A stretch of 64,000 bases of DNA from Heterodontus francisci (Eukaryota), in NCBI RefSeq assembly GCF_036365525.1, contig NC_090399.1:66954862-67018861 (forward strand), given 5' to 3'. The notes below the pieces were generated by a model that made no database searches, was not told the origin of the DNA, and saw only the letters and a list, made by a program, of their open reading frames with translations. Below, piece by piece: positions 1-13,600 of the stretch; the first letter of the stretch is position 1; each line of letters begins with the position of its first letter. Both the position numbers and the translations under genes were made by a program.

Positions 1-1964
1 GGGTTTTATTACAGGGACTCTGTTGTGTTGGGGTTTATTTACAGGGGCTCTGTGTTGTGTTGGGGTAAATTTACAGGGGCTCTGTGTTGTGTTGGGGTTT
101 ATTTACAGGGAATCTGTTGTGTTGGGGTTTATTTACAGGGGCTCTGTGTTGTGTTGGGGTAAATTTACAGGGGTTCTGTGTTGTGTTGGGGTTTATTTAC
201 AGGGGCTCTGTGTTGTGTTGTTTTGGGGTTTATTTACAGGGGCTCTGTTTTGTGTTGTGTTGGGGTTTATTTACAGGGGCTCTGTGTTGTGTTGTTTTGG
301 GGTTTATTTACAGGGGCTCTGTGTTGTGTTGGGGTTTATTTACAGGGACTCTGTTGTGTTGGGGTTTATTTACAGGGGCTCTTTGTTGTGTTGGGGTTTA
401 TTTACAGGGGCTCTGTGTTGTGTTGGGGTTTATTTACAGGGGCTCTGTGTTGTGTTGTTTTGGTGTTTATTTCCAAAGACTCTGTGTTGTGTTGGGGTTT
501 ATTTACAGGGACTCTGCTGTTTTGGGGTCTATTTACAGGGGCTCTGTGTTGTGTTGGAGTTTATTTACAGGGACACTGTGTTGTGTTGGGGTTTATTTTC
601 AGGGGCTCTGTGTTGTGTTGATTTGGGGTTTATTTACAGGGGCTTTGTTTTGTGTTGTGTTGGGGTTTATTTACAGGGGCTCTGTGTTGTTTTGGGGTTT
701 ATTTACAAAGACTCTGTGTTGTATTGGGTTTATTTACAGGGGCTGTGTGTTGTGTCGGTGTTTATTTACAGGGGCTCTGTGTTGAGTTGGGGTTTATTTA
801 CAGGGGCTCTGTGTTGTGTTGTTTTGGGGTTTATTTGCAGGGGCTCTGTTTTGTGTTGTGTTGGGGTTTATTTACAGGGGTTGTGTGTTGTGTCGGTGTT
901 TATTTACAGGGGCTCTGTGTTGTGTCGGTGTTTATTTACAGGGGCTCTGTGTTGTGTTGGGGTTTATTTACAGGGGCTGTGTGTTGTGTTGGGGTTTATT
1001 TACAGGGGCTCTGTGTTGTTTTGGGCTTTATTTACAAAGGCTCTGTGTTGTGTTGGGTTTATTTACAGGGGCTGTGTGTTGTGTCGGTGTTTATTTACAG
1101 GGGCTCTGTGTTGTGTCGGTGTTTATTTACAGGGGCTCTGTGTTGTGTTGGGGTTTATTTACAGGGGCTGTGTGTTGTGTTGGGGTTTATTTACAGGGGC
1201 TCTGTGTTGTTTTGGGCTTTATTTACAAAGGCTCTGTGTTGTGTTGGGTTTATTTACAGGGGCTGTGTGTTGTGTTGGGGTCATTTACAGGGGCTCTGTG
1301 TTGTTTTGGGGTTTATTTACAGGGGCTCTGTGTTGTGTTGGAGTTTATTTACAGGGACTCTGTGTTGTGTTGTGTTGGGGTTTATTTACAGGGGCTCTGA
1401 GTTGTGTTGGGGTTTATTTACAGGGACTCTGTTGCGTTGGGGTTTATTTACAGGGGCTCTGTGTTGTATTGTTTTGAGGTTTATTTACAGGGGCTCTGTG
1501 TTGTGTTGTGTTGGAGTTTATTAACAGGGACTGTGTGCTGTGTTGGGGTTTATTTACAGGGACTCTGTTGTGTTGGGGTTTATTTACAGGGGCTCTGTGT
1601 TGTGTTGGGTATATTTACAGGGGCTCTGTGTTGTGTTGGGGTTTATTTACAGGGAATCTGTTGTGTTGGGGTTTATTTACAGGGGCTCTGTGTTGTGTTG
1701 GGGTAAATTTACAGGGGTTCTGTGTTGTGTTGGGGTTTATTTACAGGGGCTCTGTGTTGTGTTGGGGTTTATTTACAGGGGCTCTGTGTTGTGTTGTTTT
1801 GGTGTTTATTTACAGGGGCTTTGTTTTGTGTTGTGTTGGGGTTTATTTACAGGGGCTCTGTGTTGTTTTGGGGTTTATTTACAAAGGCTCTGTGTTGTAT
1901 TGGGTTTATTTACAGGGGCTGTGTGTTGTGTCGGTGTTTATTTACAGGGGCTCTGTGTTGTGTT

Positions 1965-3530
1965 AGGGTTTATTCACAGGGGCTCTGTGTTGTGTTGGGG
2001 TTTATTTACAGGGGCTCTGTGTTGTGTTGTTTTGGGGTTTATTTGCAGGGGCTCTGTTTTGTGTTGTGTTGGGGTTTATTTACAGGGGCTCTGTGTTGTT
2101 TTGGGGTTTATTTACAAAGGCTCTGTGTTGTGTTGGGTTTATTTACAGGGGCTGTGTGTTGTGTCGGTGTTTATTTACAGGGGCTCTGTGTTGTGTCGGT
2201 GTTTATTTACAGGGGCTCTGTGTTGTGTTGGGGTTTATTTACAGGGGCTCTGTGTTGTGTTGGGGTTTATTTACAGGGGCTCTGTGTTGTTCTGGGGTTT
2301 ATTTACAAAGGCTCTGTGTTGTGTTGGGTTTATTTACAGGGGCTGTGTGTTGTGTTGGGGTTATTTACAGGGGCTCTGTGTTGTTTTGGGGTTTATTTAC
2401 AGGGGCTCTGTGTTGTGTTGGAGTTTATTTACAGGGACTGTGTTGTGTTGTGTTGGGGTTTATTTACAGGGGCTCTGAGTTGTGTTGGGGTTTATTTACA
2501 GGGACTCTGTTGCGTTGCGGTTTATTTACAGGGGCTCTGTGTTGTATTGTTTTGGGGTTTATTTACAGGGGCTCTGTGTTGTGTTGTGTTGGAGTTTATT
2601 TACAGGGACTGTGTGTTCTGTTGGGGTTTATGTACAGGGACTCTGTTGTGTTGGGGTTTATTTACAGGGGCTCTGTGTTGTGTTGGGGTAAATTTACAGG
2701 GGCTCTGTGTTGTGTTGTTTTGGGGTTTATTTAGAGGGGCTCTGTTTTGTGTTGTGTTGGTCATTATTTACAGGGGCTCTGTGTTGTGTTAGGGTTTATT
2801 CACAGGGGCTCTGTGTTGTGTTGGGGTTTATTTACAGGGGCTCTGTGTTGTGTTGTTTTGGGGTTTATTTGCAGGGGCTCTGTTTTGTGTTGTGTTGGGG
2901 TTTATTTACAGGGGCTCTGTGTTGTTTTGGGGTTTATTTACAAAGGCTCTGTGTTGTGTTGGGTTTATTTACAGGGGCTGTGTGTTGTGTCGGTGTTTAT
3001 TTACAGGGGCTCTGTGTTGTGTCGGTGTTTATTTACAGGGGCTCTGTGTTGTGTTGGGGTTTATTTACAGGGGCTCTGTGTTGTGTTGGGGTTTATTTAC
3101 AGGGGCTCTGTGTTGTTCTGGGGTTTATTTACAAAGGCTCTGTGTTGTGTTGGGTTTATTTACAGGGGCTGTGTGTTGTGTTGGGGTTATTTACAGGGGC
3201 TCTGTGTTGTTTTGGGGTTTATTTACAGGGGCTCTGTGTTGTGTTGGAGTTTATTTACAGGGACTCTGTGTTGTGTTGTGTTGGGGTTTATTTACAGGGG
3301 CTCTGAGTTGTGTTGGGGTTTATTTACAGGGACTCTGTTGCGTTGCGGTTTATTTACAGGGGCTCTGTGTTGTATTGTTTTGAGGTTTATTTACAGGGGC
3401 TCTGTGTTGTGTTGTGTTGGAGTTTATTTACAGGGACTGTGTGTTCTGTTGGGGTTTATCTACAGGGACTCTGTTGTGTTGGGGTTTATTTACAGGGGCT
3501 CTGTGTTGTGTTGGGGTAAATTTACAGGGA
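1965..3530 (+). repeat. Higher-order duplication, period 826-828 bp
   Basis: Matching ORF anchors 2024/2850 and 2482/3310; shared rare variants TTAGGGTTTATTCAC and TTGCGTTGCGG. Confidence 0.85.
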
Positions 3531-3969
3531 CTCTGTGTTGTGTTGGGGTTTATTTACAGGGTATCTGTTGTGTTGGGGTTTATTTACAGGGGCTCTGTGT
3601 TGTGTTGGGGTTTATTTACAGGGGTTCTGTGTTGTGTTGGGGTTTATTTACAGGGGCTCTGTGTTGTGTTGTTTTGGGGTTTATTTACAGGGGCTCTGTG
3701 TTGTGTTGGGGTTTATTTACAGGGGCTCTGTGTTGTGTTGTTTTGGGGTTTATGTACAGCGGCTCTGTGTTGTGTTGAGGTTTATTTACAGGGGCTCTGT
3801 GTTGTGTTGTTTTGGGGTTTATTTCCAGGGACTCTGTGTTGTGTTGTGGTTTATTTACAGGGACTCTGCTGTTTTGGGGTATATTTACAGGGGCTCTGTG
3901 TTGTGTTGGACTTTATTTACAGGGACTCTGTGTTGTGTTGGGGTTTATTTACAGGGGATCTGTGTTGTG

Positions 3970-4410
3970 TTGGGGTTTACTTACAGGGACTCTGATGTAT
4001 TGGGGTTAATTTACAGGGGCTCTGTGTTGTGTTGTGGTTAATTATCAGGGGTTCTGTGTTGTGTTGGTGTTTATTTACAGGGGCTCTGTGTTGTGTTGTG
4101 TTGGAGTTTATTTACAGGGACTCTGTTGTGTTGGGGTATATTTGCAGGGGCTCTCTGTTGTGTTGGGGTTTATTTACAGGGGCTCTGTGATGTGTTGGGG
4201 TTTACTTACAGGGACTCTGATGTATTGGGGTTAATTTACAGGGGCTCTGTGTTGTGTTGTGGTTAATTATCAGGGGTTCTGTGTTGTGTTGGTGTTTATT
4301 TACAGGGGCTCTGTGTTGTGTTGTGTTGGAGTTTATTTACAGGGACTCTGTTGTGTTGGGGTATATTTGCAGGGGCTCTCTGTTGTGTTGGGGTTTATTT
4401 ACAGGGGCTC
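3970..4410 (+). repeat. Tandem duplication, period 225 bp
   Basis: ORF anchors 4034/4259; the run TTTACTTACAGGGACTCTGATGTATT...GTTAATTATCAG occurs twice. Confidence 0.9.
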
Positions 4411-5184
4411 TGTGTTGTGTTGTGTTGGGGTTTATTTACAGGGACTCTGTTGTGTTGGGGTTTATTTACAGGGGCTCTGTGTTGTGTTGTTTTGGGGTTT
4501 ATTTACAGGGGCTCTGTTTTGTGTTGTGTTGGGGTTTATTTACAGGGGCTCTGTGTTGTGTTGTTCTGGGGTTTATTTACAGGGGCTCTGTGTTGCGTTG
4601 GGGTTTATTTACAGGGACTCTGTTGTGTTGGGGTTTATTTACAGGGGCTCTGTGTTGTTTTGGGGTTTATTTACAGGGACTCTGTTGTGTTGGGGTTTAT
4701 TTCCAGGGGCTCTGTGTTGTGTTGTGTTGGGGTTTATTTGCAGGGGCTCTGTGTTGTGTTGCGGTTTATTTACAGGGACTCTGTGTTGTGTTGGGGTTTA
4801 TTTACAGGGCACTGTTGTGTTGGGGTTTATTTACAGGGGCTCTATGTTGTGTTGGGGTTTATTTACAGGGATTCTGTTGTGTCGGGGTTTATTTACAGGG
4901 GCTCTGAGTTGTGTTGTTTTGGGGTATATTTACAGGGGCTCTGTGTTGTGTTGTGTTGGGGTTTATTTACAGGGGCTCTGTGTTGTGTTGTTTTGGGGTT
5001 TATTTACAGGGGCTCTGTGTTGCGTTGGGGTTTATTTACAGGGGCTCTGTGTTGTGTTGTTTTGGTGTTTATTTCCAGGGACTCTGTGTTGTGTTGGGGT
5101 TTATTTACAGGGACTCTGCTGTTTTGGGGTCGATTTACAGGGGCTCTGTGTTGTGTTGGAGTTTATTTACAGGGACACTGTGTT

Positions 5185-7690
5185 GTGTTGGGGTTTATTT
5201 ACAGGGGCTCTGTGTTGTGTTAAGTTGGGGTTTATTTACAGGGGCTTTGTTTTGTGTTGTGTTGGGGTTTATTTACAGGGGCTCTGTGTTGTTTTGGGGT
5301 TTATTTACAAAGGCTCTGTGTTGTATTGGGTTTATTTACAGGGGCTGTGTGTTGTGTCGGTGTTTATTTACAGGGGCTCTGTGTTGAGTTGGGGTTTATT
5401 TACAGGGGCTCTGTGTTGTTTTGGGGTTTATTTACAAAGGCTCTGTGTTGTGTTGGGTTTATTTACAGGGGCTGTGTGTTGTGTCGGTGTTTATTTACAG
5501 GGGCTCTGTGTTGTGTCGGTGTTTATTTACAGGGGCTCTGTGTTGTGTTGGGGTTTATTTACAGGGGCTGTGTGTTGTGTTGGGGTTTATTTACAGGGGC
5601 TCTGTGTTGTTTTGGGCTTTATTTACAAAGGCTCTGTGTTGTGTTGGGTTTATTTACAGGGGCTGTGTGTTGTGTTGGGGTCATTTACAGGGGCTCTGTG
5701 TTGTTTTGGGGTTTATTTACAGGGGCTCTGTGTTGTGTTGGAGTTTATTTCCAGGGACTCTGTGTTGTGTTGTGTTGGGGTTTATTTACAGGGGCTCTGA
5801 GTTGTGTTGGGGTTTATTTACAGGGACTCTGTTGCGTTGGGGTTTATTTACAGGGGCTCTGTGTTGTATTGTTTTGAGGTTTATTTACAGGGGCTCTGTG
5901 TTGTGTTGGAGTTTATTAACAGGGACTGTGTGCTGTGTTGGGGTTTATTTACAGGGACTCTGTTGTGTTGGGGTTTATTTACAGGGGCTCTGTGTTGTGT
6001 TAGGGTATATTTACAGGGGCTCTGTGTTGTGTTGGGGTTTATTTACAGGGAATCTGTTGTGTTGGGGTTTATTTACAGGGGCTCTGTGTTGTGTTGGGGT
6101 AAATTTACAGGGGTTCTGTGTTGTGTTGGGGTTTATTTACAGGGGCTCTGTGTTGTGTTGGGGTTTATTTACAGGGGCTCTGTGTTGTGTTGTTTTGGTG
6201 TTTATTTACAGGGGCTTTGTTTTGTGTTGTGTTGGGGTTTATTTACAGGGGCTCTGTGTTGTTTTGGGGTTTATTTACAAAGGCTCTGTGTTGTATTGGG
6301 TTTATTTACAGGGGCTGTGTGTTGTGTCGGTGTTTATTTACAGGGGCTCTGTGTTGTGTTGCTTTGGGGTTTATTTAGAGGGGCTCTGTTTTGTGTTGTG
6401 TTGGTCATTATTTACAGGGGCTCTGTGTTGTGTTGGGGTTTATTTACAGGGGCTCTGTGTTGTGTTAAGTTGGGGTTTATTTACAGGGGCTTTGTTTTGT
6501 GTTGTGTTGGGGTTTATTTACAGGGGCTCTGTGTTGTTTTGGGGTTTATTTACAAAGGCTCTGTGTTGTATTGGGTTTATTTACAGGGGCTGTGTGTTGT
6601 GTCGGTGTTTATTTACAGGGGCTCTGTGTTGAGTTGGGGTTTATTTACAGGGGCTCTGTGTTGTTTTGGGGTTTATTTACAAAGGCTCTGTGTTGTGTTG
6701 GGTTTATTTACAGGGGCTGTGTGTTGTGTCGGTGTTTATTTACAGGGGCTCTGTGTTGTGTCGGTGTTTATTTACAGGGGCTCTGTGTTGTGTTGGGGTT
6801 TATTTACAGGGGCTGTGTGTTGTGTTGGGGTTTATTTACAGGGGCTCTGTGTTGTTTTGGGCTTTATTTACAAAGGCTCTGTGTTGTGTTGGGTTTATTT
6901 ACAGGGGCTGTGTGTTGTGTTGGGGTCATTTACAGGGGCTCTGTGTTGTTTTGGGGTTTATTTACAGGGGCTCTGTGTTGTGTTGGAGTTTATTTCCAGG
7001 GACTCTGTGTTGTGTTGTGTTGGGGTTTATTTACAGGGGCTCTGAGTTGTGTTGGGGTTTATTTACAGGGACTCTGTTGCGTTGGGGTTTATTTACAGGG
7101 GCTCTGTGTTGTATTGTTTTGAGGTTTATTTACAGGGGCTCTGTGTTGTGTTGGAGTTTATTAACAGGGACTGTGTGCTGTGTTGGGGTTTATTTACAGG
7201 GACTCTGTTGTGTTGGGGTTTATTTACAGGGGCTCTGTGTTGTGTTAGGGTATATTTACAGGGGCTCTGTGTTGTGTTGGGGTTTATTTACAGGGAATCT
7301 GTTGTGTTGGGGTTTATTTACAGGGGCTCTGTGTTGTGTTGGGGTAAATTTACAGGGGTTCTGTGTTGTGTTGGGGTTTATTTACAGGGGCTCTGTGTTG
7401 TGTTGGGGTTTATTTACAGGGGCTCTGTGTTGTGTTGTTTTGGTGTTTATTTACAGGGGCTTTGTTTTGTGTTGTGTTGGGGTTTATTTACAGGGGCTCT
7501 GTGTTGTTTTGGGGTTTATTTACAAAGGCTCTGTGTTGTATTGGGTTTATTTACAGGGGCTGTGTGTTGTGTCGGTGTTTATTTACAGGGGCTCTGTGTT
7601 GTGTTGCTTTGGGGTTTATTTAGAGGGGCTCTGTTTTGTGTTGTGTTGGTCATTATTTACAGGGGCTCTGTGTTGTGTTGGGGTTTATTC
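5185..7690 (+). repeat. Higher-order duplication, period 1245 bp
   Basis: ORF anchors 5254/6499, 5421/6666, 5804/7049 and 6118/7363; rare TTAAGTTGGGG at ~5221 and ~6466. Confidence 0.9.
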
Positions 7691-10600
7691 ACAGGGGCTC
7701 TGTGTTGTGTTGGGGTTTATTTACAGGGGCTCTGTGTTGTGTTGTTTTGGGGTTTATTTGCAGGGGCTCTGTTTTGTGTTGGGTTTATTTACAGGGGCTG
7801 TGTGTTGTGTCGGTGTTTATTTACAGGGGCTCTGTGTTGTGTCGGTGTTTATTTACAGGGGCTCTGTGTTGTGTTGGGGTTTATTTACAGGGGCTGTGTG
7901 TTGTGTTGGGGTTTATTTACAGGGGCTCTGTGTTGTTTTGGGCTTTATTTACAAAGGCTCTGTGTTGTGTTGGGTTTATTTACAGGGGCTGTGTGTTGTG
8001 TCGGTGTTTATTTACAGGGGCTCTGTGTTGAGTTGGGGTTTATTTACAGGGGCTCTGTGTTGTTTTGGGGTTTATTTACAAAGGCTCTGTGTTGTGTTGG
8101 GTTTATTTACAGGGGCTGTGTGTTGTGTCGGTGTTTATTTACAGGGGCTCTGTGTTGTGTCGGTGTTTATTTACAGGGGCTCTGTGTTGTGTTGGGGTTT
8201 ATTTACAGGGGCTGTGTGTTGTGTTGGGGTTTATTTACAGGGGCTCTGTGTTGTTTTGGGCTTTATTTACAAAGGCTCTGTGTTGTGTTGGGTTTATTTA
8301 CAGGGGCTGTGTGTTGTGTTGGGGTCATTTACAGGGGCTCTGTGTTGTTTTGGGGTTTATTTACAGGGGCTCTGTGTTGTGTTGGAGTTTATTTCCAGGG
8401 ACTCTGTGTTGTGTTGTGTTGGGGTTTATTTACAGGGGCTCTGAGTTGTGTTGGGGTTTATTTACAGGGACTCTGTTGCGTTGGGGTTTATTTACAGGGG
8501 CTCTGTGTTGTATTGTTTTGAGGTTTATTTACAGGGGCTCTGTGTTGTGTTGGAGTTTATTAACAGGGACTGTGTGCTGTGTTGGGGTTTATTTACAGGG
8601 ACTCTGTTGTGTTGGGGTTTATTTACAGGGGCTCTGTGTTGTGTTAGGGTATATTTACAGGGGCTCTGTGTTGTGTTGGGGTTTATTTACAGGGAATCTG
8701 TTGTGTTGGGGTTTATTTACAGGGGCTCTGTGTTGTGTTGGGGTAAATTTACAGGGGTTCTGTGTTGTGTTGGGGTTTATTTACAGGGGCTCTGTGTTGT
8801 GTTGGGGTTTATTTACAGGGGCTCTGTGTTGTGTTGTTTTGGTGTTTATTTACAGGGGCTTTGTTTTGTGTTGTGTTGGGGTTTATTTACAGGGGCTCTG
8901 TGTTGTTTTGGGGTTTATTTACAAAGGCTCTGTGTTGTATTGGGTTTATTTACAGGGGCTGTGTGTTGTGTCGGTGTTTATTTACAGGGGCTCTGTGTTG
9001 TGTTGCTTTGGGGTTTATTTAGAGGGGCTCTGTTTTGTGTTGTGTTGGTCATTATTTACAGGGGCTCTGTGTTGTGTTGGGGTTTATTCACAGGGGCTCT
9101 GTGTTGTGTTGGGGTTTATTTACAGGGGCTCTGTGTTGTGTTGTTTTGGGGTTTATTTGCAGGGGCTCTGTTTTGTGTTGTGTTGGGGTTTATTTCCAGG
9201 GGCTCTGTGTTGTTTTGGGGTTTATTTACAAAGGCTCTGTGTTGTGTTGGGTTTATTTACAGGGGCTGTGTGTTGTGTCGGTGTTTATTTCCAGGGGCTC
9301 TGTGTTGTGTCGGTGTTTATTTACAGGGGCTCTGTGTTGTGTTGGGGTTTATTTACAGGGGCTCTGTGTTGTGTTGGCGTTTATTTACAGGGGCTCTGTG
9401 TTGTTCTGGGGTTTATTTACAAAGGCTCTGTGTTGTGTTGGGTTTATTTACAGGGGCTGTGTGTTGTGTTGGGGTTATTTACAGGGGCTCTGTGTTGTTT
9501 TGGGATTTATTTACAGGGGCTCTGTGTTGTGTTGGAGTTTATTTACAGGGACTCTGTGTTGTGTTGTGTTGGGGTTTATTTACAGGGACTCTGAGTTGTG
9601 TTGGGGTTTATTTACAGGGACTCTGTTGCGTTGGGGTTTATTTACAGGGGCTCTGTGTTGTATTGTTTTGAGGTTTATTTACAGGGGCTCTGTGTTGTGT
9701 TGTGTTGGAGTTTATTTACAGGGACTCTGTGTTGTGTTGGGGTTTATTTACAGGGACTCTGTTGTGTTGGGGTTTATTTACAGGGGCTCTGTGTTGTGTT
9801 GGGGTAAATTTACAGGGGCTCTGTGTTGTGTTGGGGTTTATTTACAGGGAATCTATTGTGTTGGGGTTTATTTACAGGGGCTCTGTGTTGTGTTGGGGTA
9901 AACTTACAGGGGTTCTGTGTTATGTTGGGGTTTATTTACAGGGGCTCTGTGTTGTGTTGTTTTGGGGTTTATTTACAGGGTCTCTGTGTTGTGTTGGGGT
10001 TTATTTACAGGGGCTCTGCTGTTTTGGGGTCTATTTACAGGGGCTCTGTGTTGTGTTGGAGTTTATTTACAGGGACTCTGTGTTGTGTTGGGGTTTATTT
10101 ACAGGGGATCTGTGTTGTGTTGGGGTTTATTTACTGCTGATCTGTGTTGTGTTGTTTTGGGGTTTATTTACAGGGGCTCTGATGTATTGGGGTTGATTTA
10201 CAGGGGCTCTGTGTTGTGTTGTGGTTAATTATCAGGGGTTCTGTGTTGTGTTGGGGTTTATTTACAGGGGCTCTGTGTTGTGTTGGAGTTTATTTACAAG
10301 GACTCTGTTGTGTTGGGGTTTATTTACAGGGGCTCTCTGTTGTGTTGGGGTTTATTTACAGGGGCTCTGTGTGTGTTGTTTTGGGGTTTATTTACAGGAG
10401 CTCAGTGTTGTGTTGGGGTTTTTTGTACAGGGACTCTGTGTTGTGTTGGGGTTTATTTACAGGGGCTCTGTGTTGTGTTGTTTTGGGGTTTATTTACAGG
10501 GACTCTGTTGTGTTGGGGTTTATTTACAGGGGCTCTGTGTTGTGTTGTTTTGGGGTTTATTTACAGGGGCTCTGTTTTGTGTTGTTTTGGGGTTTATTTA

Positions 10601-13600
10601 CAGGGGCTCTCTGTTGTGTTGCGGTTTTTTTACAGGGGCTCTTTGTTGTGTTGGTGTTTATTTACAGGGACTCTGTGTTGTGTTGGGGTTTATTTACAGG
10701 GGCTCTGTGTTGTGTTGTTTTGGTGTTTATTTCCAGGGACTCTGTGTTGTGTTGGGGTTTATTTACAGGGACTCTGCTGTTTTGGGGTCTATTTACAGGG
10801 GCTCTGTGTTGTGTTGGAGTTTATTTACAGGGGCTCTGTGTTGTGTTGATTTGGGGTTTATTTACAGGGGCTTTGTTTTGTGTTGTGTTGGGGTTTATTT
10901 ACAGGGGCTCTGTGTTGTTTTGGGGTTTATTTACAAAGGCTCTGTGTTGTATTGGGTTTATTTACAGGGGCTGTTTGTTGTGTCGGTGTTTATTTACAGG
11001 GGCTCTGTGTTGTGTTGTTTTGGGGTTTATTTGCAGGGGTTCTGTTTTGTGTTGTGTTGGGGTTTATTTACAGGGGCTCTGTGTTGTTTTGGGGTTTATT
11101 TACAAAGGCTCTGTGTTGTATTGGGTTTATTTACAGGGGCTGTGTGTTGTGTCGGTGTTTATTTACAGGGGCTCTGTGTTGAGTTGGGGTTTATTTACAG
11201 GGGCTCTGTGTTGTTTTGGGGTTTATTTACAAAGGCTCTGTGTTGTGTTGGGTTTATTTACAGGGGCTGTGTGTTGTGTCGGTGTTTATTTACAGGGGCT
11301 CTGTGTTGTGTCGGTGTTTATTTACAGGGGCTCTGTGTTGTGTTGGGGTTTATTTACAGGGGCTGTGTGTTGTGTTGGGGTTTATTTACAGGGGCTCTGT
11401 GTTGTTTTGGGCTTTATTTACAAAGGCTCTGTGTTGTGTTGGGTTTATTTACAGGGGCTGTGTGTTGTGTTGGGGTCATTTACAGGGGCTCTGTGTTGTT
11501 TTGGGGTTTATTTACAGGGGCTCTGTGTTGTGTTGGAGTTTATTTCCAGGGACTCTGTGTTGTGTTGTGTTGGGGTTTATTTACAGGGGCTCTGAGTTGT
11601 GTTGGGGTTTATTTACAGGGACTCTGTTGCGTTGGGGTTTATTTACAGGGGCTCTGTGTTGTATTGTTTTGAGGTTTATTTACAGGGGCTCTGTGTTGTG
11701 TTGGAGTTTATTAACAGGGACTGTGTGCTGTGTTGGGGTTTATTTACAGGGACTCTGTTGTGTTGGGGTTTATTTACAGGGGCTCTGTGTTGTGTTAGGG
11801 TATATTTACAGGGGCTCTGTGTTGTGTTGGGGTTTATTTACAGGGAATCTGTTGTGTTGGGGTTTATTTACAGGGGCTCTGTGTTGTGTTGGGGTAAATT
11901 TACAGGGGTTCTGTGTTGTGTTGGGGTTTATTTACAGGGGCTCTGTGTTGTGTTGGGGTTTATTTACAGGGGCTCTGTGTTGTGTTGTTTTGGTGTTTAT
12001 TTACAGGGGCTTTGTTTTGTGTTGTGTTGGGGTTTATTTACAGGGGCTCTGTGTTGTTTTGGGGTTTATTTACAAAGGCTCTGTGTTGTATTGGGTTTAT
12101 TTACAGGGGCTGTGTGTTGTGTCGGTGTTTATTTACAGGGGCTCTGTGTTGTGTTGCTTTGGGGTTTATTTAGAGGGGCTCTGTTTTGTGTTGTGTTGGT
12201 CATTATTTACAGGGGCTCTGTGTTGTGTTGGGGTTTATTCACAGGGGCTCTGTGTTGTGTTGGGGTTTATTTACAGGGGCTCTGTGTTGTGTTGTTTTGG
12301 GGTTTATTTGCAGGGGCTCTGTTTTGTGTTGGGTTTATTTACAGGGGCTGTGTGTTGTGTCGGTGTTTATTTACAGGGGCTCTGTGTTGTGTCGGTGTTT
12401 ATTTACAGGGGCTCTGTGTTGTGTTGGGGTTTATTTACAGGGGCTGTGTGTTGTGTTGGGGTTTATTTACAGGGGCTCTGTGTTGTTTTGGGCTTTATTT
12501 ACAAAGGCTCTGTGTTGTGTTGGGTTTATTTACAGGGGCTGTGTGTTGTGTCGGTGTTTATTTACAGGGGCTCTGTGTTGAGTTGGGGTTTATTTACAGG
12601 GGCTCTGTGTTGTTTTGGGGTTTATTTACAAAGGCTCTGTGTTGTGTTGGGTTTATTTACAGGGGCTGTGTGTTGTGTCGGTGTTTATTTACAGGGGCTC
12701 TGTGTTGTGTCGGTGTTTATTTACAGGGGCTCTGTGTTGTGTTGGGGTTTATTTACAGGGGCTGTGTGTTGTGTTGGGGTTTATTTACAGGGGCTCTGTG
12801 TTGTTTTGGGCTTTATTTACAAAGGCTCTGTGTTGTGTTGGGTTTATTTACAGGGGCTGTGTGTTGTGTTGGGGTCATTTACAGGGGCTCTGTGTTGTTT
12901 TGGGGTTTATTTACAGGGGCTCTGTGTTGTGTTGGAGTTTATTTCCAGGGACTCTGTGTTGTGTTGTGTTGGGGTTTATTTACAGGGGCTCTGAGTTGTG
13001 TTGGGGTTTATTTACAGGGACTCTGTTGCGTTGGGGTTTATTTACAGGGGCTCTGTGTTGTATTGTTTTGAGGTTTATTTACAGGGGCTCTGTGTTGTGT
13101 TGGAGTTTATTAACAGGGACTGTGTGCTGTGTTGGGGTTTATTTACAGGGACTCTGTTGTGTTGGGGTTTATTTACAGGGGCTCTGTGTTGTGTTAGGGT
13201 ATATTTACAGGGGCTCTGTGTTGTGTTGGGGTTTATTTACAGGGAATCTGTTGTGTTGGGGTTTATTTACAGGGGCTCTGTGTTGTGTTGGGGTAAATTT
13301 ACAGGGGTTCTGTGTTGTGTTGGGGTTTATTTACAGGGGCTCTGTGTTGTGTTGGGGTTTATTTACAGGGGCTCTGTGTTGTGTTGTTTTGGTGTTTATT
13401 TACAGGGGCTTTGTTTTGTGTTGTGTTGGGGTTTATTTACAGGGGCTCTGTGTTGTTTTGGGGTTTATTTACAAAGGCTCTGTGTTGTATTGGGTTTATT
13501 TACAGGGGCTGTGTGTTGTGTCGGTGTTTATTTACAGGGGCTCTGTGTTGTGTTGCTTTGGGGTTTATTTAGAGGGGCTCTGTTTTGTGTTGTGTTGGTC

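Noticed and set aside
10137-10235. CTGAT...ATCAG complementarity between landmark monomers as a long-range hairpin
   Set aside because: Only 5 bp of complementarity, which is expected by chance.
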